Below, piece after piece: positions 21,570 through 29,826 of a DNA stretch of 33,976 bases. This DNA is from an uncultured Gammaproteobacteria bacterium. Lineage in GTDB: Bacteria; Patescibacteriota; Microgenomatia; JAMCZE01. Made by a program: the position numbers and the translations under genes. The stretch spans positions 1 to 33,976 of the forward strand of contig CAZRUW010000099.1 of assembly GCA_964603445.1 (NCBI GenBank). Direction: 5' to 3'. The notes below the pieces were generated by a model that searched no databases, had not been told where the DNA came from, and worked only from the letters and a program-made list of their open reading frames with translations. Each line of letters starts with the position of its first letter. Position 1 is the stretch's first letter.

Positions 21570-23660
21570 TTACTTCTTGGTGATAATCTGCTCCTGAATA
21601 TTTTTGGGGACTTCTTCGTAGTGAGAAGGCTCCATATAGTAAGATGCTCGGCCCTGAGACATGGAGCGAAGTTTGGTGGAATAGCCTGAGAGTTCAGCCA
21701 AAGGAACCATGGCTAAAATGATGGTGGCATTGGCGCGATTACTGGTTCCCAGAATTTGAGCCCGTTTGGCGGAAAGGTCGCCAATGACATCACCCATAAA
21801 CTCGTCAGGGGTAGTCACTTCGACCTTCATAATTGGTTCCAAAAGGGTCAATTCTGCCTTTTTGCAGGCATCCTGAAGAGCTATGGAACCGGCAATTTGA
21901 AAGGCGACATCGGAAGAATCAACATCATGATAAGAGCCGTCATAGAAAGTGACTGTGAGATCGGTTAGGGGGAAGCCGGCCAAAATTCCGTTAGCGGCAC
22001 ATTCCTTGGTCCCCTTTTCAACTGAAGGAATAAATTCGGCCGGAACAGCTCCGCCTTTAATAGCGTTAATAAATTCCCAGCCTTCACCCCGGGGCTTGGG
22101 AGAAACTTTGACGAGAGCGTGGCCATATTGTCCCCGGCCGCCGGTTTGACGAATGTATTTGCCTTCTCCGGTGGCATCTTTTTTGATGGTTTCCTTATAG
22201 GCCACCTGGGGAGCACCAACATTGGCATCAACGTTCATTTCCCGTTTCATGCGGTCAACCAAAACCTCAAGGTGAAGCTCCCCCATGCCGGAGATGATGG
22301 TCTGGCCGGTTTCTTTGTTACTTTTGACTCGAAAGGTGGGGTCTTCTTCCATCAGGCGCTGAAGAGCATAGCCCAGTTTCTCCTGGTCGGCTTTGGTCTT
22401 GGGTTCAATGGCCAGAGAAATGACCGGTTCGGCAAAAGATATACCTTCCAGGACGAGAGGATTATTTTGGTCACACAAGGTATCGCCGGTGCGGGTGTCT
22501 TTAAGTCCCACGACGGCCACAATTTCTCCGGCGTAGGCTTCCGGAATCTCCTCCCGCTGGTTGGCGTGCATTAAAAGAAGCCGGCCGATGCGTTCTTGCT
22601 GGCCCCGGGTGGCGTTGTAGACATAGGAGCCGGATTTGATAGTGCCGGAATAGATGCGGACGTAATAGAGCTTTCCGACGTGAGGGTCGAGTTGCACTTT
22701 GAAAGCCAAGCCGGCCAAGGGAGCTTCTTTGTTTGTTCCCCGGGTTTCCTCCTGGTTTATTTTTGGATTAAGGCCGGTGACTGCCGGCCGATCCAGAGGT
22801 GAGGGTAAATAGTCAACAATGGCATCCAAAAGGGGTTGAACCCCTTTATTGCGCAAACTGGTGCCGGTGTAAACCGGAACGAGTTGGTAGGAGATAACAG
22901 CCTGGCGCAGAGCTTTTTGCAGTTCCGCAACTGCCGGTTGAGTACCATTAAGATATTTTTCCAAAAGCCCCTCGTCGGTTTCAGCGATTTGTTCCACCAG
23001 AAGATGGCGGTATTTTTCTACCTCGGTAGCGTCCAGTTCCGGGGGAATTTCTTTTTTAATTTCAAATTTAGCTCCCAGCTCATCACTGCCCCAGACGTAG
23101 GCTTCTTCTTTAATCAGGTCATAAACTCCCCGAAAATTGTTTTCCACGCCAATAGGAAGGACCATAACGGCCGGCTTGACTCCCAGACGCTCTTTGATTG
23201 CTTCCACGGTTTTATAGAAATTGGCGCCAAGTTTATCAATTTTATTGACAAAAATAAGCCTGGGAACTTTGTATTTATCAGCCTGACGCCAGACAGTCTC
23301 GGTTTGTGATTGGACTGTTTCTTCGGCATCGAGGATGGTTACCGCACCGTCCAAAACGCGCAATGAGCGTTCAACCTCGGCGGTAAAGTCCACGTGGCCG
23401 GGGGTATCGATAATATTAATCCGGAAATCACGCCAGAAAGTGGTAGTGGCAGCAGAGACAATGGTAATGCCCCGTTCTCTCTCCTGGGGCATCCAATCCA
23501 TCTGGGTGGTACCTTCATCAATGTCCCCGATTTTGTAAGTTTTGCCAGTATAAAAGAGAATCCGCTCGGTGGTGGTAGTTTTTCCCGCGTCAATATGGGC
23601 AATAATGCCGATGTTGCGGATTTTATCCAAAGGAAGTGACCGGGTTTTTGTGTCAGCCAT
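21570..23660 (-). CDS. fusA: elongation factor G
   Basis: Contains AHIDAGKTTTTERIL and DTPGHVDF. I chose the ATG at 23658-23660 (MADTKTRSLPLDKIRNIGI), giving 696 aa. Confidence 0.96.
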   Translation of the reverse strand: MADTKTRSLPLDKIRNIGIIAHIDAGKTTTTERILFYTGKTYKIGDIDEGTTQMDWMPQERERGITIVSAATTTFWRDFRINIIDTPGHVDFTAEVERSLRVLDGAVTILDAEETVQSQTETVWRQADKYKVPRLIFVNKIDKLGANFYKTVEAIKERLGVKPAVMVLPIGVENNFRGVYDLIKEEAYVWGSDELGAKFEIKKEIPPELDATEVEKYRHLLVEQIAETDEGLLEKYLNGTQPAVAELQKALRQAVISYQLVPVYTGTSLRNKGVQPLLDAIVDYLPSPLDRPAVTGLNPKINQEETRGTNKEAPLAGLAFKVQLDPHVGKLYYVRIYSGTIKSGSYVYNATRGQQERIGRLLLMHANQREEIPEAYAGEIVAVVGLKDTRTGDTLCDQNNPLVLEGISFAEPVISLAIEPKTKADQEKLGYALQRLMEEDPTFRVKSNKETGQTIISGMGELHLEVLVDRMKREMNVDANVGAPQVAYKETIKKDATGEGKYIRQTGGRGQYGHALVKVSPKPRGEGWEFINAIKGGAVPAEFIPSVEKGTKECAANGILAGFPLTDLTVTFYDGSYHDVDSSDVAFQIAGSIALQDACKKAELTLLEPIMKVEVTTPDEFMGDVIGDLSAKRAQILGTSNRANATIILAMVPLAELSGYSTKLRSMSQGRASYYMEPSHYEEVPKNIQEQIITKK

Positions 23661-23666
23661 TTTAAA

Positions 23667-23695
23667 ATGCCGTTTTCCGGCACAAGGCAATTATA
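23667..23695 (-). promoter_or_regulatory. weak candidate: a TATAAT -10 box plus a small hairpin before fusA
   Basis: On the minus strand, TATAAT is at 23690-23695, followed by UGCCG-GAAAA-CGGCA-UUUUAAA-AUG. No good -35 is present (TTCCTC at 17 nt). Confidence 0.3.
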
Positions 23696-23734
23696 GCGCA
23701 AAATCGTCGCGCGAGGAATACTTACTTTTTTCTC

Positions 23735-24139
23735 CTAAGTTAAATCAGTGAATGGGTTATATGCTACTTCCCACAAATAGTCATCGGGGTCAGCAAAGTA
23801 ACCTCCATACCCGCCCCAAAAAACATCTTGGGGTTTTTTAACCATCTTGGCCCCAACAGAAACGGCTTTTTTAATGATTTCGTCCACTTCTTCTTTAGAG
23901 CTAACATTATGAGAAAGGGTAACTCCAGAAAAACCTGAGCCCTCTTTTGAAACGGTGGCGTCTTTAGCCAATCGATCTTTAGGATATAAGCAAAGCCAAG
24001 TTCCCTCCAATTCGAACATGGCGAAGCCGTCACTTTCTTTGTAATTATGAGTTTTAAACTTTAAACCATCTTTATAGAAGCGAAATGATTTATCGAAATT
24101 GGAAACGCCAAGGGTTATTAAACTAATTTTTGGCTTCAC
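23735..24139 (-). CDS. VOC (glyoxalase/bleomycin-resistance/dioxygenase) family protein
   Basis: 134 aa. It starts ISLITLGVSNFDKSFRFYKDGL and ends WGGYGGYFADPDDYLWEVAYNP. The start codon is GTG at 24137-24139, 7 nt after the upstream stop. Confidence 0.8.
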   Translation of the reverse strand: MKPKISLITLGVSNFDKSFRFYKDGLKFKTHNYKESDGFAMFELEGTWLCLYPKDRLAKDATVSKEGSGFSGVTLSHNVSSKEEVDEIIKKAVSVGAKMVKKPQDVFWGGYGGYFADPDDYLWEVAYNPFTDLT

Positions 24140-24146
24140 AACTTGA

Positions 24147-24992
24147 TTATATCTCTTTTAGAAACTTACTGAGGCAAACACCTTGCGATTTTTTGATTTC
24201 CCATTCGTCCAGATGTATTGTTTGGAAACCATGATCAGTCAAAAACTCCTCGCGCTTTTGGTCTTTTTCTTTTGCCCCCGGGATATTGTGCCAATAGGAG
24301 CCGTCGCACTCGATTAGAAGGTTTGTCCCTTTTATCTGAAAATCAGCGTGATATTTGCCAATGTGGACTTCTTGATCGAATGAAATATTTTTATTTGTTA
24401 AGTAGTCACGGACAATTTTCTCAATAGAGGTCTCACCCTTAAACCGGATATAACAGCGTCGCGAACAAAAAGTGCCCTTGCCTTTGTTTGTCTCCCAAGT
24501 TGGAAGTTGAAATTCTTTGTGGCAATTTTTACAAATTTTGGAAACATAGTCCCGTTCAAAATTATCTTTGCACACCTTGCTACAAAAAACTGCTTTAGTG
24601 GCAAAAGCGGGGGCTCTTTCCATTAATTTTTCGCACTGTTTACAAGTCAAGTGGACGTGTTTTTCTTGACGAGATTTTTGGAAGCATTCAAAGCTACAAA
24701 AGAAACCGAAACCTTGTTCAACTAAGTAGGCTTTTACTTCAAATTTCTTGCCGCATCTTTGACAAGTTTTAATCTGCTTTCTTTTTGTAGAAGAATGGTA
24801 ACAATCGCTAGAGCAATAGTTAATTTTGTGTTTTTGAAACGGCCACAAATTAATATTCTTGCCACAACCAAAACAAGTTGTCAAAACGCGACGTTTTTGA
24901 CTCTCCGATTTACATTTTCGCGAGCAAAATTTTCGGTGTCGTTGAATTTGCTCGCTAGTTAGTAAGTTAGAACAAAATTGACATTTTATCAT
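24147..24992 (-). CDS. five tandem Cys4 (TRASH/FCS-like) zinc-ribbon repeats fused to a DUF559/Vsr-like PD-(D/E)XK endonuclease domain
   Basis: There are 5 repeats of C-x2-C-x15-17-(F/Y)C-x3-C. The C-terminus is IVRDYL...YHADFQI...LLIECDGSYWHN...EKDQKREEFLTDHGFQTIHL. I chose the ATG at 24990-24992. Confidence 0.75.
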   Translation of the reverse strand: MIKCQFCSNLLTSEQIQRHRKFCSRKCKSESQKRRVLTTCFGCGKNINLWPFQKHKINYCSSDCYHSSTKRKQIKTCQRCGKKFEVKAYLVEQGFGFFCSFECFQKSRQEKHVHLTCKQCEKLMERAPAFATKAVFCSKVCKDNFERDYVSKICKNCHKEFQLPTWETNKGKGTFCSRRCYIRFKGETSIEKIVRDYLTNKNISFDQEVHIGKYHADFQIKGTNLLIECDGSYWHNIPGAKEKDQKREEFLTDHGFQTIHLDEWEIKKSQGVCLSKFLKEI

Positions 24993-25048
24993 CAAATACC
25001 AGCGTAAATCCGAAAAGAAGACGAATCAAGAAGTAATATACTACAGGT

Positions 25049-25531
25049 CTACCAGCGAAGGTGACTGAAAACTTTATTCGCTTCTGCCATTTTGTGAACC
25101 ATGTCGCGTTTCTTGATGGCGTTACCGGTATTATTTAGAGCATCCTGGATTTCTGCTGCCAGTTTTTCGGCAAAAACATGATATTCCTTATTCGACCTTG
25201 ACCGGGCCGCTTCCAAAAGCCATTTTAAGGCTAAGTGGGTCTTGCGGTCACCACGAACTTCGGAGGGAACCTGATAGGAAGCGCCACCGACCCGCCGGGG
25301 GCGAACTTCCATTTTAGGAGCAATTGTACTGACTGCCTGTTCCAGAACCTTGTCCGGTTCCTGATCCGGGAGTTTAGTTTTTAACAGTTCCAGGGTTTTA
25401 TAGATTTGCCCTGCAGCCACGGATTTTTTTCCGTCCCGCATAGTCTTATTGATCAGCTTAGTCACAAGACGGCTGTTATAGACCGGGTCACCTTGAGTTT
25501 GGCGCTTGATGGCTTGTTTACTTCTGGGCAT
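25049..25531 (-). CDS. rpsG: 30S ribosomal protein S7
   Basis: 160 aa. It follows rpsL, contains ...VRPRRVGGASYQVP and ends ...SHLRW. Confidence 0.95.
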   Translation of the reverse strand: MPRSKQAIKRQTQGDPVYNSRLVTKLINKTMRDGKKSVAAGQIYKTLELLKTKLPDQEPDKVLEQAVSTIAPKMEVRPRRVGGASYQVPSEVRGDRKTHLALKWLLEAARSRSNKEYHVFAEKLAAEIQDALNNTGNAIKKRDMVHKMAEANKVFSHLRW

Positions 25532-25535
25532 AGTT

Positions 25536-26006
25536 TTAGGCAGCCGGCGCTGATGGCGCAGGGGTGGGAGCCGCCGCGGCTGTTGTTCTTATTCCTGCCT
25601 CACCTGCCTTTGTACCGTATTTGCTTCGCGATTGCTTCCGGCCGACGACGCCGCCGGTATCAAATTTCCCCCGGACAATGTGATATTTCACTCCGGGGAG
25701 ATCCCGAACCCGGCCACCGCGAACCAGAACAATGGAGTGTTCGGCCAGAGTGTGGCCGACCCCTTGAATATAGGCAGTGACTTCCTGCTTGTTGGACAGT
25801 CTGACCCGGGCCACTTTTCTCAAGGCGGAATTAGGTTTCTTGGGGGTCATTGTCTTGACGATAGTACAGACTCCCCGCTTGAAAGGAGCAGCGATAGTTT
25901 TCATTTGGCGGTCTTTAGCGTTAAAAAACTTCCGCAGGACCGTAGCCCGGATTTTTTTAGGCTTATTTTTTCGCCCTTTTTTGATAAGTTGATTGATTGT
26001 TGGCAT
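25536..26006 (-). CDS. rpsL: 30S ribosomal protein S12
   Basis: Contains [12 protein letters not shown] and [18 protein letters not shown]. It has a ~23-aa Ala/Pro-rich C-terminal tail. Confidence 0.95.
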   Translation of the reverse strand: MPTINQLIKKGRKNKPKKIRATVLRKFFNAKDRQMKTIAAPFKRGVCTIVKTMTPKKPNSALRKVARVRLSNKQEVTAYIQGVGHTLAEHSIVLVRGGRVRDLPGVKYHIVRGKFDTGGVVGRKQSRSKYGTKAGEAGIRTTAAAAPTPAPSAPAA

Positions 26007-26029
26007 AAACCGGATTTTTTATATCTGTT

Positions 26030-29000
26030 CTAGGTTTCAGTAACAAGCTTTTGAACTTCATTTCCTTCCAGACTGGCTCTTTCGGGAGATGTCGGAATTA
26101 GGCGGCCAATTATGACATTTTCTTTCAGGCCAATCAAATTGTCCTGGCCGGCACGAATAGCGACATCGGAAAGAACTTCGGTGGTGCGTTCAAAGGAAGC
26201 CGCCGAGAGCCAAGAGTCAGTGTAAAGAGCGGCCCGAGAAATACCAAGAATGGTTATCTGAGCCGTGGCCGGTTCTCCCCCGGCGGCGATGACCCGGGCA
26301 TTTTCGGCTTCAAACGCGGCTTTGTCCACAAACTCCCCAGGAAGGAAAACTGTGTCTCCGGAAGTGTCAATGCGCACTTTGTCAGACATTTTGCGGACAA
26401 TAACCTCAAAATGTTTGTCATTAATGGGGATTCCCTGAGATTCGTAAACAACCTGGAGCTCGTCAATAAGGTAGTGCTGGGCTCCAAAGAGACCACGGGT
26501 GGCCAAGACGTCTTTGATATCCAAATAGCCGGAGGTCAATTGAGTCCCGGCCGCAACAAGATCACCGTTGTCAACGCTGAGGGTCGCGGTCAAGGGAACA
26601 ATATATTCGCGCTCTTCAACGGGTTTGACACCGTGGCTGCGAACCCGAATTTTGAAGCCCTCCTCGGTCTCGATGACCTCAACCTTACCGGCAATCTCGG
26701 CAACGGGCGAAAGGATCTTTGGCGATCTGGTTTCAAAAATTTCTTCCACTCTAGGCAAACCTTGAGTCACGTCCTGAGCCACTACCCCTCCGGTGTGTTT
26801 GGTCCGCAGTGTCAGTTGGGTTCCCGGTTCGCCAATGGATTGGGCAGCCACAATGCCTACCGGAGTTCCAAGTTCGACCAGCTTTCGAGAGCTGAAGTCC
26901 CGACCATAACAAAGCTGGCAGAGACCATACTTGGCCTGACAGGTTAAAGGTGAACGAACCAAAACGGAGGTAATTTTTTCCTTCTCAATCTGGGGGAGAA
27001 GGTCTTCGGTAATTTCCTGACCGGCTTTGGCCAGAACCTTTTTCCCGGACTTGAGATCAACAGCCAAAATACGACCTAAAATGCGCTGGGGAAAAGTTGC
27101 GGCCCGTTTATCAGCAGCCGAGATTTCAATACCGTTTTTAGTGCCGCAGTCAGATAGACGAATGATGGCGTCGTGAGAAACGTCCACTAACCGGCGGGTA
27201 AGGTAACCGGCGTCGGCGGTTCTGAGGGCGGTATCAGCCAGACCTTTTCGTGATCCTCTGGTTCCGGTGACGTACTCAAACACTGACAGGCCTTCCCGGA
27301 AATTGGATTTGGTGGGAAGAGGCACAATTCTTCCGGTAGGGTCGTTCATCAGTCCCCGCATGCCGGAAATTTGCTTGACATTATCCTTGCTGGACTTGCC
27401 TGCCCCTGATTGGAGAATAACTTTCACAGCGTTGTCCAGCGGATAGGCCTCCCAGGTCAGGTCGGCAATTCTGTTAGTAATGTCAATCCATATGTCGATT
27501 TGCAGTTGGCGCATTTCTTCGGCAGTTATAAGACCGTTCTTGTAGTTTTCTTCCACCTCGGCACTCTCTTTTTCTCCTTGGGCGATAATTTCCTGTTTGT
27601 TACCGATCATAACCAGATCAAAAATGCCCACGGAAACTCCGGATTCCATGGAGCCGGTGAAACCAATTTCCTTAAGGTTATCCAAAAGGGACACCAGCTC
27701 CGAACGGGTGCAGACATCCATCGCCTGGTTGAGAAGAGATTTCAGCCGTGACAGATTGATAGTTTCGTTGACAAAACCAATAACCGGGGGAAGTTTTTCG
27801 CAGAGAAGGATTCGGCCGACAGTGGTTTCGACAATCGACTTATTTTGCCAAACTTTTATTTTTTGACGAAGAGCAATCTTTTTTTCCTGATAGGCTAGAA
27901 TCGCTTCGGCCATGTCAGCAAAAACGGTGGGGACAACAGCTTTTGATTCGTCGAGAGAAGTGTAGTAATAAATTCCCAGAATCATCTCCTTGTTGGGGAA
28001 GGCCACGGGCATGCTGTCAGCCGGTTTTAAGAGATTGTGTTCTGCCATCATTAAATTAACAGCTTCGCTTTTGGATTGAGAGGACAAGGGGACATGAACG
28101 GCCATTTGGTCGCCGTCAAAATCAGCGTTGTAGCCGGTGCAAACTAACGGGTGAACCTGGATAGCGGCACCCTCGATTAGAACAGGGAAAAAGGCCTGAA
28201 TTCCCAACTTGTGCAAAGTGGGCGCCCGATTGAGGAGAACCGGATGGTTTTTGGTAATTTCTTCCAAAATATCAAAAACTTCAGGGACTCTTTTTTCAAG
28301 AACGTACTTAGCCGAGCGAACATTGGGAGCAATCCCCCGAATAATCAGTTCCCGAAGAACAAAGGGCTTAAACATTTCCAGGGCCATTTCTTTGGGAAGA
28401 CCACACTCGGAAAGTTTCAGTTTGGGACCAACAACAATGACTGAGCGTCCGGAATAGTCAACACGTTTTCCCAAAAGATTCTGGCGGAACCTCCCTTGCT
28501 TGCCACGGAGCATATCCGAAAGACTTTTAAGTTCAGCCACGTTGGCCCGGGTGCTGGTTCGCTGGGTGGAATCAATTAAAGAATCGACAGCCTCCTGAAG
28601 CATGCGCTTTTCATTGCGCAAAATAATCTCCGGAGCTCCCAGATCAATCAGGTGTTTGAGACGGTTATTGCGGTTGATAACCCGACGGTAGAGGTCATTC
28701 AGATCAGAAGTGGCAAACCGACCGCCGGAGAGCTGAACCATAGGACGAAGATCGGGAGGAATAACCGGAAGAGTTTCCAGAACCATCCACTCCGGCCGGA
28801 CACCAGAGCGGCGCATACCATCAATCACCCGCAGCCGTTTGGTGGCTTTGACCTTTTTTTGGCTGGAGGAATCAAGGATTTCCTGACGCAGATCGGCAGT
28901 CATTTTTTCCAGATCCATCCGCCGAAGGATAGAAAGAATGGACTCCGCGCCCATAGAAACTTCGATAAAGTCAGCGGCATCGTATTCCGAAAGCTTGAGA

Positions 29001-29764
29001 TATTCTTCCTCTGTAATTTCAGTTACCGGTTTGACGCTTTTGACCAGATCCAGAAGAGCCCGATAAATTTCCGCGAGGCGGTTTTTTTCCAAAGCCAGAT
29101 CACTTTCCAGTTGGGCAATCTTTTGTTTGGTAGAAAGTTCTATCTCTTTGACAATGAGGTCGAATTGAGCTTTATCCTTGACTTTAGATTGTTGTTCTTT
29201 AACTTTGGCTTCCTGGTCATCTTCCTCTTTTTGAATTCTATTTTCATAATCGGCGATGAGGGATTTCTGACGTTCCTCCATCGTTTCTTTGAGATGGCCA
29301 ACGACTTTGTCTCTGGCAGATTCGTCAACGGAAAGGACTAAATAGGAAGCAAAATAGATGACATTCGAAAGAGATTTCGGGGAGAGATCCAGGATGAGAG
29401 AAAGCTTGGACGGGGCTCCCTTGAAGTACCAGACATGGGCAATGGGAACAGCCAAAGTAATGTGTCCCATCCGTTCACGACGAACTTTCGATTGAGTGAC
29501 TTCAACACCACATTTGTCACAGATTATCCCGCGGTAGCGGATCCGTTTGTATTTGCCACAGTAACATTCCCAGTCTTTGGTCGGACCAAAAATCGTTTCC
29601 GAAAAGAGGCCGTCCTTTTCGGGTTTAAGAGTGCGATAGTTAATCGTTTCCGGCTTAGTGACCTCGCCATGTGACCACGAGAGGATATCCTGGGGCGAGG
29701 CGAGGGAAATTTTTAACCCCTTAAAGTCGACAATATGATCGATGGTATCCTGTGGTTTATTCAT
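26030..29764 (-). CDS. rpoC: DNA-directed RNA polymerase beta' subunit
   Basis: Has the catalytic motif [16 protein letters not shown] chose the ATG at 29762-29764 ([16 protein letters not shown]); the track's 16-codon extension translates the spacer repeat element. Confidence 0.96.
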   Translation of the reverse strand: MNKPQDTIDHIVDFKGLKISLASPQDILSWSHGEVTKPETINYRTLKPEKDGLFSETIFGPTKDWECYCGKYKRIRYRGIICDKCGVEVTQSKVRRERMGHITLAVPIAHVWYFKGAPSKLSLILDLSPKSLSNVIYFASYLVLSVDESARDKVVGHLKETMEERQKSLIADYENRIQKEEDDQEAKVKEQQSKVKDKAQFDLIVKEIELSTKQKIAQLESDLALEKNRLAEIYRALLDLVKSVKPVTEITEEEYLKLSEYDAADFIEVSMGAESILSILRRMDLEKMTADLRQEILDSSSQKKVKATKRLRVIDGMRRSGVRPEWMVLETLPVIPPDLRPMVQLSGGRFATSDLNDLYRRVINRNNRLKHLIDLGAPEIILRNEKRMLQEAVDSLIDSTQRTSTRANVAELKSLSDMLRGKQGRFRQNLLGKRVDYSGRSVIVVGPKLKLSECGLPKEMALEMFKPFVLRELIIRGIAPNVRSAKYVLEKRVPEVFDILEEITKNHPVLLNRAPTLHKLGIQAFFPVLIEGAAIQVHPLVCTGYNADFDGDQMAVHVPLSSQSKSEAVNLMMAEHNLLKPADSMPVAFPNKEMILGIYYYTSLDESKAVVPTVFADMAEAILAYQEKKIALRQKIKVWQNKSIVETTVGRILLCEKLPPVIGFVNETINLSRLKSLLNQAMDVCTRSELVSLLDNLKEIGFTGSMESGVSVGIFDLVMIGNKQEIIAQGEKESAEVEENYKNGLITAEEMRQLQIDIWIDITNRIADLTWEAYPLDNAVKVILQSGAGKSSKDNVKQISGMRGLMNDPTGRIVPLPTKSNFREGLSVFEYVTGTRGSRKGLADTALRTADAGYLTRRLVDVSHDAIIRLSDCGTKNGIEISAADKRAATFPQRILGRILAVDLKSGKKVLAKAGQEITEDLLPQIEKEKITSVLVRSPLTCQAKYGLCQLCYGRDFSSRKLVELGTPVGIVAAQSIGEPGTQLTLRTKHTGGVVAQDVTQGLPRVEEIFETRSPKILSPVAEIAGKVEVIETEEGFKIRVRSHGVKPVEEREYIVPLTATLSVDNGDLVAAGTQLTSGYLDIKDVLATRGLFGAQHYLIDELQVVYESQGIPINDKHFEVIVRKMSDKVRIDTSGDTVFLPGEFVDKAAFEAENARVIAAGGEPATAQITILGISRAALYTDSWLSAASFERTTEVLSDVAIRAGQDNLIGLKENVIIGRLIPTSPERASLEGNEVQKLVTET

Positions 29765-29771
29765 AATGGTT

Positions 29772-29826
29772 TTAGCCCCGCACCGAGTCTGACTCGGGAG
29801 GAGCGCAAGCACGCAAGCGCTTATTC
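29772..29826 (-). repeat. copy of the GNUCC/GGGNC hairpin element filling the rpoB|rpoC spacer
   Basis: The plus strand reads TTAGCCCCGCACCGAGTCTGACTCGGGAGGAGCGCAAGCACGCAAGCGCTTATTC. Its end overlaps the rpoB stop codon (29821-29823). Confidence 0.8.

Noticed and set aside
25022-25040. AAGAAGTAATATACTAC (25028-25044) and GATTACAGTAATAT (16299-16313) looked like extra copies of the AAGAGTAATC motif.
   Set aside because: Only 8-10 nt are shared and gaps are needed. The second lies in rplV coding sequence. They are too weak to count as copies.
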